Counted from the first letter of the stretch, positions 1 through 9,123 are shown. The stretch is 64,000 bases of DNA from Flavobacteriales bacterium (GCA_049890295.1 JBMHBP010000012.1:9983-73982); one strand, 5' to 3'. Notes: generated by a model not told the origin, from the sequence alone. Made by a program: numbers and translations.

Positions 1-721
1 TTAGTGCTTTCATAAACTCAAACTGGGTGAATTTTTGAGGGGATGCCATATTATATGGGCCTGACACAGATTCAGTGTTCAAGGCGTGACATATAAAATT
101 AGCCACATCATCAATATGAATCCATTCAAATGGCCGATTTCCTTTGCCAAACACCACACCAACACCCAGACGCATTGATAATGAAGTAGGCTGTAAAATC
201 CCCGAATTTTTAGAAAGTAATAGTGAAATTCTCATTTGTATAACACGGCTGCCCAACTGTCTGAATTGTTCTGCGGCATGCTCCCAATCTACACTCATAT
301 CACACAACCAACCTCGTCCAGCTGTGTCGGTCTCTTTACAATAGCTATCAAAAACATGACCGTAATACCCCATTGCTGATGCACTTACTACAGTTAATGG
401 TGAAATATTATGTTCTTTACACTTCTTAAAAATTAAGTTTGCAGCCGAAACACGACTATCATACATTAATTGCTTATTACGACTAGTCCAAGGCTTTATA
501 ATACTAAAACCGGCTAAATGAACAATATGATGACAACCTTCAATCGCTTTTGTATCAATTTCATTTTGGTCAATATTCCAATAAAAGACGTCAGTATTAT
601 TAACCTTATTTTTGTTGGTGGTTAAGTATACCAAATCATATTGATCAGACGGTAAAAACTTGACTAATCGCTTTGCCAAACTACCACTAGCTCCTGTAAT
701 TAATACTTTTTCTTTTGTCAT
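1..721 (-). CDS. NAD-dependent epimerase/dehydratase family protein, TIGR01777 (YfcH/SDR39U1)-like; 3' end runs off the left window edge
   Basis: Absent from the ORF track because it is open at the window edge. My translation of the minus strand from ATG 721..719 gives MTKEKVLITGASGSLAKRLVKFLPSDQYDLVYLTT...HIVHLAGFSIIKPWTSRNKQ...SASAMGYYG...GKGNRPFEWIHIDDVANFICHAL...FMKAL. I checked the first 21 codons and the last ~50 codons base by base and found no stop; the middle was translated less rigorously, also without a stop. Rossmann TGASG motif plus HLAG and WIHIDD blocks are typical of this family. The start overlaps the upstream gene stop by 1 nt. Confidence 0.7.
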   Translation of the reverse strand, partial: MTKEKVLITGASGSLAKRLVKFLPSDQYDLVYLTTNKNKVNNTDVFYWNIDQNEIDTKAIEGCHHIVHLAGFSIIKPWTSRNKQLMYDSRVSAANLIFKKCKEHNISPLTVVSASAMGYYGHVFDSYCKETDTAGRGWLCDMSVDWEHAAEQFRQLGSRVIQMRISLLLSKNSGILQPTSLSMRLGVGVVFGKGNRPFEWIHIDDVANFICHALNTESVSGPYNMASPQKFTQFEFMKAL

Positions 722-3102
722 TAAAATTCTATTAGTAATCCTACCGTAGGTAAAACAGTACCCGATTCATTAACGATTTCATAGAGTGAATACTGAGAAT
801 CGTTTTGTGCTTCAAATAATTGCTCTCCAACATCTTCATTGATGCCAAGTTCTGAAGGTAATTGTATTTTATAATTATACAGGTTTTCTACATCTAGATA
901 AGCATTCAAACTCCATTTTTTGAAAAACCATTTTTTATCTAATCGAATATCTACACCGTGTATATCGCTAAGTCGTTCGTTATTTAACAAATCATAATTT
1001 AAAACACCCTGTTGATTTACGTTCCATACTCCTTTAATACTAGATGTAGCTAAATCATATGGTGTGTAAGGTGCTCCCCCAGAGTATCGAAACTTTATAC
1101 CGAGTTCGATATTCCTTTTAAACTTTTTTCCTGCCGTGACATTCAAAATGTATCGATTATCCCATGCTGATGGTATTAATACCTCGTTTTTATCCTCAAA
1201 TTCACTTTTGTAATAGGTAAAGGATAAAATACCGTAAACTGATGAACTCAGTTTTTGTTGGGCTAATAGTTCTAATCCATAACTTCTTCCCTTAGAAATG
1301 GAAGATATATTTTCATTGCCTATTACTCCAAAATCGCCACCAAGATTAGCCAACGAAATACCTACTGAATCAGAGAATGGGTAATTATTGTAGTTCTTAT
1401 AAAAACTCTCTAGTGTTATTTTACTATAATTTGAAGGGTTAAATTCTAACCCTAGTACAGCGTGATCGCATTGAATATAATTTGCATCCTTGTTGAGGTA
1501 GTTTCCATTGTTTTCAAATCCAAGAATAGTGTATGATGGTAATTGAAAATAACGACCTAAATTAGCGTTTATACTAGATTTTCCGTTAATGTTGTAAGCT
1601 AGCGATAAACGTGGTGAAATATTAGGTGTTGTCGAATTTTCTGTAAATGAATTTCCATCGGCACGAATACCAAACGAAGTAACCAATCGATCAACTAAGT
1701 AGGTCTTACTCAATTGCATGAAAGCACCATACTTGATAAAATATAAATCTGAATTAACGATCTTATCAGTGATGACGTCACCAAATGTAATCTTTCGGTT
1801 AGTAAAATTGGTATAACTGGCGTCCTCTAAATTAAAGCCGACATTAAACTTTATATTGTTTGTTCTAAAGTTATATTCAATTCGTGATTTATTCTCTATT
1901 TCTTCGGATTCGTAATCTAAAAGCTTTTCTGAGTTCAAATCGGCATAGTCAAGATACTTTTCTGCTGAATTATTTAAATGACTTCTACTGATTACTACTA
2001 AAAGATTTGAATTGTCAAAGAATCGTTTCCAACTTGCTCCAATAGCATAATTCCATTGTTCATTGACTGGTAAGTTGTTCAAAATGTATTCGTTCTGAGC
2101 TAAAGTTTGTGGGTCGTCAATATTTTGATTAGCATCAGGATTTAAGGTAAATTCATCAATGGCAGCTAAGCCGATAACGTTTATTTTATTTTTATTATCT
2201 GGCTTATGAGTTAACTTAAATTGTATGTCATTATAAGTTGGTAAGAAGGGTAATTGAAGGGCTTGAAACAGGAATTGTAGATATGAACGCCTAACGGAAA
2301 GAAGCATAGTCGTTTTATCATCTATTGGTGTATTAATAGAGAGTCCAGCATCACTTGAACCAACCATGAAAGATCCGCTAAAGCTTTCATCACTGCCTTC
2401 TATTTGTTTTAATTCCATAATGGAGCTTAATGCGTTTCCCCTATTAGCTGGAAAAGCTCCTGAATAAAAGTCTACTTCTCTAATAAAGTTAACATTAATT
2501 ATTCCTACTGGACCTCCTGATGAGCCTTGTGTAGCAAAGTGATTGATATTTGGGATTTCTATACCATCTAGAAAAAATCGATTTTCATTAGGTGCACCAC
2601 CTCTAATGATGATGTCATTTCTAAATGATGGCGTACTAGAAACTCCTGGTAGATTAGCAATTACTTTTGAAATATCTCTATTTCCGCCTGGGCTTCGGTA
2701 AATTTCGGATGCATTAATGGTTCTTAAACTAGTTGGACTCTCTTCAGTTTTGTTAAACGTATTGGCAGTAATCTGTACCTCTTCGATAATTTGAGCGTTC
2801 TCAGTCAAGCTAAAATCAAGTCGTAAGCTTTTATTAGGTGAAAGCTGAACTTCAGTCTTTGTATTAGGATCAAATCCAATGTAAGTGCATTTAAAATTAT
2901 ATTCACCAGGAGAAAGATCCAAAAGCTCAAAATTTCCATCAATATCAGTTGTTGTACCTAGACTTGTACCGTCCACTATAATATTGGCAAATGGTATCGG
3001 GTCATTGTTTATGGAATTGGTAACTTGACCATACACTTTAACCGTTTGAGCTGAAAGCTGTTGAACTAAAAATGAAAGAAAAAATATTATTAAAAGTCTC
3101 AT
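721..3102 (-). CDS. TonB-dependent receptor with N-terminal carboxypeptidase-regulatory-like domain
   Basis: 793 aa. Signal peptide (MRLLIIFFLSFLVQQLSAQ), CarboxypepD_reg-like start (VKVYGQVTNSINNDPIPFANIIVDG), plug-like region (RGGAPNENRFFLDGIEIPN), long beta-barrel and a terminal aromatic residue (..LLIEF). Confidence 0.85.
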   Translation of the reverse strand: MRLLIIFFLSFLVQQLSAQTVKVYGQVTNSINNDPIPFANIIVDGTSLGTTTDIDGNFELLDLSPGEYNFKCTYIGFDPNTKTEVQLSPNKSLRLDFSLTENAQIIEEVQITANTFNKTEESPTSLRTINASEIYRSPGGNRDISKVIANLPGVSSTPSFRNDIIIRGGAPNENRFFLDGIEIPNINHFATQGSSGGPVGIINVNFIREVDFYSGAFPANRGNALSSIMELKQIEGSDESFSGSFMVGSSDAGLSINTPIDDKTTMLLSVRRSYLQFLFQALQLPFLPTYNDIQFKLTHKPDNKNKINVIGLAAIDEFTLNPDANQNIDDPQTLAQNEYILNNLPVNEQWNYAIGASWKRFFDNSNLLVVISRSHLNNSAEKYLDYADLNSEKLLDYESEEIENKSRIEYNFRTNNIKFNVGFNLEDASYTNFTNRKITFGDVITDKIVNSDLYFIKYGAFMQLSKTYLVDRLVTSFGIRADGNSFTENSTTPNISPRLSLAYNINGKSSINANLGRYFQLPSYTILGFENNGNYLNKDANYIQCDHAVLGLEFNPSNYSKITLESFYKNYNNYPFSDSVGISLANLGGDFGVIGNENISSISKGRSYGLELLAQQKLSSSVYGILSFTYYKSEFEDKNEVLIPSAWDNRYILNVTAGKKFKRNIELGIKFRYSGGAPYTPYDLATSSIKGVWNVNQQGVLNYDLLNNERLSDIHGVDIRLDKKWFFKKWSLNAYLDVENLYNYKIQLPSELGINEDVGEQLFEAQNDSQYSLYEIVNESGTVLPTVGLLIEF

Positions 3103-3110
3103 AGATTATT

Positions 3111-4358
3111 TTATGCTGATTGTACATCAATTATTGATATTTCTGGTAAAATACCAACCCTTCCAGGATATCCCAGATGACCAATCCCTCTATTGACATA
3201 CAAGTAATTATTGCCTTTTTGGTAAAGTCCAGCCCAATGTTTATATCGCCACTTAACTGGGCTCCACTTAAATTTACCTACTTCAACTCCAAATTGCATG
3301 CCATGTGTATGTCCAGCCATTTGCAGGTCTATGTGCTGATCAGACTTCAACACTTTACTTTCCCAATGGGTTGGGTCATGAGATAACAAAAATGTGGGAA
3401 TATTCTCTTTAGAATTTTCAAGAGCTTTGTTCAGGTCCCCGTATTTTGAGAATCTTCCTGAACCCCAATTTTCTACCCCAACAATGTTAATCTCAACATT
3501 TGATACTTTTAAAACTCTAGTTTCATTCAATAATAAATCAAAGCCCATTGATTTATGAATTGATAGCATTTCTTGAAAGCTCTCATTCCACTTACTCAAA
3601 CCTAACTCGGTTGACCTATTTAATCCAATATAGTCGGCATAGTCATGATTACCCAATACAGAGTATTTTCCATATTTTGCCTTTAATTTTTTCATTACTT
3701 CCACAAAGGGTCTGGCTTCTGAAGGAAAATTATTTACCAAATCGCCAGTGAAAACAATTAAATCTGGATTTTCATTATTTATCAAATTAACAGCCTCGGT
3801 TAGTTTACTTACACTCTGAAAGCTACCTAAATGTAGGTCAGAAATTTGTATTATTCTTAAAGGCTTTTCACCTTTAGGGTAGTTTTTAAGATTAAGTTTT
3901 ACAAAATGTTTTTTGAAATTATATCTACCAATAAGGATTCCGTAGGTTAAAAGTGAAAGTGTAACTGCTCCGAAACCAAAAGCGGTTTTTTTCAAGAAAT
4001 TTAATCTTGTAATCGGCTCAGCAACTGATGATTGGTCAGTTGACGAGAAGAGTAGTCTATATAACTGTTTGAAAAGACGAATTACATCGTCAATTATAAG
4101 CGGAAATGCAACAGTCATTTTAGATGCTACAATAGCAAAAATAAATCCAAAAATAACCACCATATATCCTGGATATAAGGTCATGTTAGAGTTGATTGCT
4201 GGATAAAAAATGGCCGCTATTGTTAAAATTGAAATCATCCAGTATAAGTATTTAACTACTGGATTTGAAACAAAATATGTTTTAAATGCCGACCAGATAT
4301 ACAGGTCAAGTGAAAGGATAAATGTTACGAATATAGTTGCGAAAATTATTCTAGCCAT
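3111..4358 (-). CDS. Membrane-anchored metallophosphoesterase (calcineurin-like)
   Basis: 415 aa. N-terminal hydrophobic helices followed by phosphoesterase motifs ISDLHLG, TGDLVN, GNHDY, GHTHG. Confidence 0.85.
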   Translation of the reverse strand: MARIIFATIFVTFILSLDLYIWSAFKTYFVSNPVVKYLYWMISILTIAAIFYPAINSNMTLYPGYMVVIFGFIFAIVASKMTVAFPLIIDDVIRLFKQLYRLLFSSTDQSSVAEPITRLNFLKKTAFGFGAVTLSLLTYGILIGRYNFKKHFVKLNLKNYPKGEKPLRIIQISDLHLGSFQSVSKLTEAVNLINNENPDLIVFTGDLVNNFPSEARPFVEVMKKLKAKYGKYSVLGNHDYADYIGLNRSTELGLSKWNESFQEMLSIHKSMGFDLLLNETRVLKVSNVEINIVGVENWGSGRFSKYGDLNKALENSKENIPTFLLSHDPTHWESKVLKSDQHIDLQMAGHTHGMQFGVEVGKFKWSPVKWRYKHWAGLYQKGNNYLYVNRGIGHLGYPGRVGILPEISIIDVQSA

Positions 4359-4387
4359 TGTTGTTAAATTTCGGCAAATGTATTATT

Positions 4388-5023
4388 TTAAAGATTAAAT
4401 TCTGGAAGTTCATTTACTCTTGCATAAGGTAAATTATCAATACCTTTTAAACTATAATAACGATTCAGCCCACCTATCCCAACAGATTGAAGTTTTTGCA
4501 AATCAATTTCATAGTTTTCATTTAGGCATGTGTCATCAATAGTTATATGCTCAATAGAGCCTATAAACAAGGAACATTGATTAATGGTAATTGGAACTAC
4601 TTCCTCTAATTTTAAACCGATTTTCAAGTGGCTTTCTTTGACAAATGGCGCATCAAATCCATCAATATATTCTTCCGTTAGTTGACATTTTTCAAACTCT
4701 GAATCCTGTGAATCAAATTTGGCAGAAGTATAATGGGCTTTAGATACAAACTGAGGGTGTACATGATTGAAAGTATAATACTTTGTTTCTAATATATTTT
4801 CATAAGTATCGCGTCTTACTTCGGTATGCGGACGAAGAAAAAAACCTAACAAAGCAGGATGACTACCTAAATGTACTACTGAACTAAAAATAGCAAGATT
4901 AGTATTTCCTTCGCCTGATTTTGTGCCAATTAAATTAGCTGGCTTAATACCAGTTATTGAATTAATCAAATTTAAACGTTTAATTCGAGGGGTTTTAAAA
5001 ATATCTTCTTTGGTTAAGTGCAT
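4388..5023 (-). CDS. Flavin reductase family protein (FMN-binding split-barrel)
   Basis: 211 aa. LNLINSITGIKPANLIGTKSGEGNTNLAIFSSVVHLGSHPALLGFFLRP matches the conserved Bacteroidota flavin-reductase-like block as I remember it. Confidence 0.6.
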   Translation of the reverse strand: MHLTKEDIFKTPRIKRLNLINSITGIKPANLIGTKSGEGNTNLAIFSSVVHLGSHPALLGFFLRPHTEVRRDTYENILETKYYTFNHVHPQFVSKAHYTSAKFDSQDSEFEKCQLTEEYIDGFDAPFVKESHLKIGLKLEEVVPITINQCSLFIGSIEHITIDDTCLNENYEIDLQKLQSVGIGGLNRYYSLKGIDNLPYARVNELPEFNL

Positions 5024-5024
5024 T

Positions 5025-5504
5025 TTAAAGGATTATTCTACTTTTTACTAAATCTTGAAAAGATAGTATATTGGTTTCCGAAAAAGTTTTAAAGGTCGTG
5101 ACATCAAAAAAGAAAATGGCATGATCACCGTGGTGCTCCATAACAGATTTTTTTTCTAACTCAAGAACCGCTGAAATATCTTTAAGTATGGTATGATCTT
5201 TCCAATTTTCTAACAAGTCGTAAGACTGTAAATACCGTTCTTTATCATAAATACGGCCGCTGACTTTACCTAATTTACGAATCACTTTAAGATTATTGGA
5301 ACTGAGTAATTGGAGAACTACTTTATCAGATTTTTCGAGATTTTTAAAGGTTTTAGAAGTATAATCTATAGCAATCATATACATCTTAGGTTTCATACTA
5401 ATTGGAGATACATATGTACAAATATTCATGTTTAGACTATTGTTATCATCATAAGTAATCAAACTATAAACTGGTGGACTAATTGTATTCCAAGGTCGTT
5501 TCAT
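5025..5504 (-). CDS. Flavin reductase-like domain protein (weak call)
   Basis: 159 aa. Size and the pattern LITYDDNNSLNMNICTYVSPISMKPKMYMIAID resemble the flavin reductase-like fold. 4-nt overlap with the upstream gene and 1-nt gap to the downstream gene. Confidence 0.45.
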   Translation of the reverse strand: MKRPWNTISPPVYSLITYDDNNSLNMNICTYVSPISMKPKMYMIAIDYTSKTFKNLEKSDKVVLQLLSSNNLKVIRKLGKVSGRIYDKERYLQSYDLLENWKDHTILKDISAVLELEKKSVMEHHGDHAIFFFDVTTFKTFSETNILSFQDLVKSRIIL

Positions 5505-5962
5505 TTTTTAAATTTTTTATCTAAGACTTTAAATCTGTAATCGAAAATTTCTTTAAGTTGTTTTTTGATCAAAAATTGATTAGCAATGTCACCCAAAATA
5601 CCAAATGGTGGGATATAGGTAACAATATCAGTCATTAAAACACCCTTGTCATTTTCCTCAAAAAAATGTTGATGATGCCACATTTTATAAGGACCCATAC
5701 GTTGTTCATCAATAAAAAAATGTTTATCCCTAACTTGTGTTATTTCAGTCACCCAATTCATTTTAATATTCAAAAGCGGGGACACTTTATAAGAAATGAT
5801 CATGCCAGGATACATCTTTTCCCTCAACTCTTCAGAGGTAATTTCAAACAACATATAATCTGGTGTTATTTCTTTTAGATTTTTTGGAGAAGAAACAAAG
5901 TCCCAAATTGTATCGATGTCAGTGTTTAATTGCTGTTTTACAGTTAATTGATAGTGCGACAT
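5501..5962 (-). CDS. SRPBCC (START/polyketide-cyclase-like) family protein
   Basis: 153 aa. N-terminal pattern ...DIDTIWDFVSSPKNLKEITP... and the overall size are typical of SRPBCC ligand-binding proteins. First gene after operator copy 1. Confidence 0.6.
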   Translation of the reverse strand: MSHYQLTVKQQLNTDIDTIWDFVSSPKNLKEITPDYMLFEITSEELREKMYPGMIISYKVSPLLNIKMNWVTEITQVRDKHFFIDEQRMGPYKMWHHQHFFEENDKGVLMTDIVTYIPPFGILGDIANQFLIKKQLKEIFDYRFKVLDKKFKK

Positions 5963-5990
5963 TAGTGGTTAAATTAGTAATTATATAATT

Positions 5991-6022
5991 TTGTATAATT
6001 ATCTTTTTATACATCTATACAA
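5991..6022. promoter_or_regulatory. Palindromic operator candidate copy 1 (TTGTATA-N18-TATACAA)
   Basis: TTGTATA at 5991..5997 and TATACAA at 6016..6022 with an 18-nt spacer. Lies 29 nt upstream of the SRPBCC start (5962, minus strand). The right arm overlaps a minus-strand TATATTTG box (6027..6020). Same arms and spacing as copies at 7262 and 14149. Confidence 0.6.
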
Positions 6023-6157
6023 ATATACGACTATGAAGTGAATTAGTTTTAAATAGGGCCATAAAAGTCGAAAACTAAATACTTTTTATAATCTTAAATC
6101 GGACATTAATTTAGTATGACGAATAATAGTTTAACAAAATTTAATTCTGAGATTAAT

Positions 6158-7039
6158 TTAATTGATAATGTCTATAAATTCATCAAGGTTTTCCATAACA
6201 ATTAGACTTTTTTCCTGTGTTAGAAAATTTATATCTAGTCCATTAGCTACTAAATAATGTTTGGCTGATGGAAAAGTTTTGTTTATATAATCCGTTGTAA
6301 AATCTAGATTACTTTTTGAAGTATTTGAAATGGAGAAAAACAAAACATTATCTACTCTTCTTTTTTCTGCTAGCTGTTGAAGTGATCCGTAAGGAATGTT
6401 ATTACCCAAATAGATGACTTCATAACCATGTTTAACAAGTAAAAATTTAGCAAACATTAATCCTATATCATGAAATTCATTTTCGGGTAAGAAAAGTAAC
6501 CAGCTTTCTTTACTGTTGATATTTAAACTAGCAGAGTCAGCAGCGGCGGACACCTTTTGCTTAACAAGTTCAGATAAGAAATGCTCTTGTGAAGGAGCAA
6601 TTCTATTAGTGAGCCAAAAAATACCGACCTTATTGAAAGCTATTAATAAAACGCTTTTATAGAATTCAATAATTCCCAATTCACGAACACCACTATCATA
6701 AGTCAAATGAAACAATTTAGAATCAAACTCTAGAGCTGATTCAATGAGTTTAGAAATATAGTAAGCCTCTTTGGATTTATTATCAGAACTGTTTTTTATA
6801 CTATCTACTTTCTGTCGTATTTCATCATCAGAAAGTTTTGAGACCACAGATATTTTGAGTCCGTTTTCAAGTAAATAATTACAGTTAAGAGCACGCACTA
6901 ATAAGTCATCAGTATAATAACGGATTTTAGTGTCAGTACGCTCGGCTTTTAAAAACCCATAACGATTTTCCCATGTTCTTAGTACAAACTTGGTAATTCC
7001 CGTTATCTGGGAAAATTGATCTATACTATACTTTGTCAT
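6158..7039 (-). CDS. carH: MerR-family transcriptional regulator with B12-binding domain, CarH/LitR-type AdoB12 photoreceptor
   Basis: 293 aa. MerR HTH (YSIDQFSQITGITKFVLRTWENRYGF). Wx9EH (WLTNRIAPSQEH, nt 6581..6616). ExHxxG (EFHDIG, nt 6461..6478), then SIS about 42 aa later and NG about 28 aa after that, which is the cobalamin-binding Rossmann signature. Confidence 0.85.
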   Translation of the reverse strand: MTKYSIDQFSQITGITKFVLRTWENRYGFLKAERTDTKIRYYTDDLLVRALNCNYLLENGLKISVVSKLSDDEIRQKVDSIKNSSDNKSKEAYYISKLIESALEFDSKLFHLTYDSGVRELGIIEFYKSVLLIAFNKVGIFWLTNRIAPSQEHFLSELVKQKVSAAADSASLNINSKESWLLFLPENEFHDIGLMFAKFLLVKHGYEVIYLGNNIPYGSLQQLAEKRRVDNVLFFSISNTSKSNLDFTTDYINKTFPSAKHYLVANGLDINFLTQEKSLIVMENLDEFIDIIN

Positions 7040-7261
7040 TTACAATATATTTTCCATTTGGAAACTTGTCAAGCCAAAAATCAAGATTGCTTAGAGACTT
7101 AAGATTTATTCTAATCTTGTCAGTATAAAAGACAATCTTTGGTGTTCTTTTCTTGATTTCCTCTATAGAAATTTTTTGCTTTTTCTTTCTAGGCATTGTT
7201 TACAAAAATTTGTTATTAGCATACACCATAGTCAGCTAATCTTAGTGCAAATATACACTTT

Positions 7262-7293
7262 TTGTATAATTATTATGTTATTTTTTTATACAA
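7262..7293. promoter_or_regulatory. Palindromic operator candidate copy 2 (TTGTATA-N18-TATACAA) in the carH / cupredoxin-FAS1 divergent region
   Basis: TTGTATA at 7262..7268 and TATACAA at 7287..7293 with an 18-nt spacer. Flanked by a minus-strand TATATTTG (7255..7248, toward carH) and a plus-strand TATATTTG (7321..7328, 22 nt before ATG 7350). Confidence 0.6.
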
Positions 7294-7349
7294 AACTTCA
7301 AATTTTTAACAAATACCTTGTATATTTGCATAAATTATTAATCAAAATT

Positions 7350-9098
7350 ATGAAAAAAGTTTATTTATTATTTTCATTGTTTTTCTTGACAATGACATTT
7401 TCTTTTGCTAGCAGCCATCAAATAAATGCTGGCGGATTTTACTACCAACCATCTTCGCTCACAGTCTCTATTGGTGATACTGTAGTTTGGGTAAACGATG
7501 GTGGAACTCATGATGTTAATGGTAATATCAATTCTCAAACGGGATCTAGCTTTAACAATCCTGAAAGTTTTAGTTCAGCCTCAACATCAGCACAAGGAGC
7601 AATCATTTATACTTACGTATTTACCATACCTGGCACATACAACTATGATTGCTCAGTTGGTAATCATGCAGCAATGGGCATGGTTGGAACAATTATAGTT
7701 GAGGATGAAACTACAGTTTTTGATTTAATTGCTAGCTCTGAAAACCACACAACATTAGAAACAGCATTATTAACTGCTGGTCTTGACGCTGCCCTAAACG
7801 GCGATGGACCATTCACTGTGTTTGCTCCTAGTGATGATGCCTTTGGCGAAATACCACAAGATGATTTAGATAATCTGTTAGCCAATGCTGCACAGCTAAA
7901 CGCTGTTTTATTACACCACGTTCATGCTGGCGAAATCTTAGCTCAAGATATTGTTACAATGAATGGTATGACAATTGAAACACTAAACCAAGATCAATTA
8001 TCTGTCACCATTGACGGCTCAACAGTAATGATTGATATGTCTACTGTTACTACACCTGACCTTATCGCCGATAACGGGGTAGTACATGTTGTTGATATGG
8101 TATTAATGCCAGAAACACTGACAACTGTATTCGATATCATAGCTGGTTCAGAAAACCACATGACTTTAGAAACGGCTATACTTGAAGCCGAGTTAGATGA
8201 TGCTTTAAACGGTATTGGACCTTTGACCGTATTTGCTCCCAGTGATGATGTGTTCAACAATCTTCCGGAAGGTACACTAACTACTTTATTAGCTAATACA
8301 AATCTTTTAACCACCATACTATTACATCATGTACATGCCGGAGAACTTCTTTCAGCTGACTTAGTTGGCATGGATGGTATGACTATTGAAACACTGAACG
8401 ATGATGAATTAACAATTACAATCGCTAATGATATTGTCAAAATTGACATGGCTACAGTAACAATTCCAGATCTTACGGCAATTAATGGTGTTGTTCATGT
8501 GATTGACATGGTACTGATGCCTGAAATTGATACCACCATAACTGTGATGGATATTGTGGATAATTCACCATCACATACAACACTAAAAACAGCTTTATAC
8601 GAAGCTGAATTAGATGATGACCTAAGAACAGAAGGTCCATTCACTGTGTTTGCACCAACTGACAGTGCATTCAATAGTTTACCTGCAGGTGCTTTAGACG
8701 ATTTATTAGATAATATCCCAGCACTTATAGAGGTATTACACCATCACGTTCATTCTGGAAACGCTATGGCTGATGACTTATCTAATGATATGATGATTCC
8801 TACCCTAAACAACGATAATTTAACTGTAACAATTGAGGGTAGTACAGTCATGATAGATATGGCAACTGTTGTATTAGCTGATTTAACAGCAGATAACGGC
8901 GTAGTACATGTTATTGATATGGTTCTTTTACCGGAATCAAATCCAACAGCAATAGATGAATTTATTTCAACCGACAAATTTTACTTATATACAATGAACA
9001 TTCTTGGCGAAAAAGTTAATAGAAATGCTAAAGACAAAATTCTTATTGACATATTTTCTGATGGTAGTTCAATCAAACGTTATAACTTGACTAAGTAA
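7350..9098 (+). CDS. Secreted cupredoxin (type-1 copper-like) domain + three fasciclin (FAS1) domains + short C-terminal T9SS-like tail
   Basis: The track ORF starts at TTG 7176. I place the start at ATG 7350 (MKKVYLLFSLFFLTMTFSFA signal peptide). Cupredoxin region has candidate Cu ligands H (GGTHDV), C (YDCSV), H (GNHAAM), M (GMVG). There are three ~137-aa FAS1 repeats (TVFAPSDDAF...NGVVHVIDMVL). The tail NILGEKV...ILIDIFSDGSSIKRY resembles a truncated Por sorting domain. Confidence 0.8.
   Translation: MKKVYLLFSLFFLTMTFSFASSHQINAGGFYYQPSSLTVSIGDTVVWVNDGGTHDVNGNINSQTGSSFNNPESFSSASTSAQGAIIYTYVFTIPGTYNYDCSVGNHAAMGMVGTIIVEDETTVFDLIASSENHTTLETALLTAGLDAALNGDGPFTVFAPSDDAFGEIPQDDLDNLLANAAQLNAVLLHHVHAGEILAQDIVTMNGMTIETLNQDQLSVTIDGSTVMIDMSTVTTPDLIADNGVVHVVDMVLMPETLTTVFDIIAGSENHMTLETAILEAELDDALNGIGPLTVFAPSDDVFNNLPEGTLTTLLANTNLLTTILLHHVHAGELLSADLVGMDGMTIETLNDDELTITIANDIVKIDMATVTIPDLTAINGVVHVIDMVLMPEIDTTITVMDIVDNSPSHTTLKTALYEAELDDDLRTEGPFTVFAPTDSAFNSLPAGALDDLLDNIPALIEVLHHHVHSGNAMADDLSNDMMIPTLNNDNLTVTIEGSTVMIDMATVVLADLTADNGVVHVIDMVLLPESNPTAIDEFISTDKFYLYTMNILGEKVNRNAKDKILIDIFSDGSSIKRYNLTK
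7713..8936 (+). repeat. Three tandem ~411-bp coding repeats (FAS1 domain units)
   Basis: Units at about 7713..8111, 8124..8522 and 8538..8936 share long blocks at both nucleotide and protein level (ENHTTLETA / ENHMTLETA / PSHTTLKTA; FTVFAPSDDAF; LLHHVHAG; DNGVVHVVDMVLMPE). Confidence 0.8.
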
Positions 9099-9123
9099 AA
9101 CCCTCAATCAATTATACAATCAT

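Noticed and set aside
144-344. 66-aa plus-strand ORF from the track
   Set aside because: It lies entirely antisense to the well-supported TIGR01777-type epimerase gene (1..721, minus). It has no recognisable motif and a Pro/Cys/Ser-rich composition typical of antisense reading.
7176-7349. N-terminal 58-codon extension of the cupredoxin-FAS1 ORF (TTG start at 7176)
   Set aside because: The extension is a low-complexity Ile/Leu/Phe translation of AT-rich promoter DNA that contains operator copy 2 and two TATATTTG boxes. A canonical signal peptide begins at ATG 7350.
7664-8977. Three minus-strand ORFs (7664..7885, 7994..8317, 8750..8977) with similar sequences
   Set aside because: They are the antisense shadow of the three FAS1 coding repeats. 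Their periodicity simply mirrors the repeat, while the sense frame has clear domain homology.
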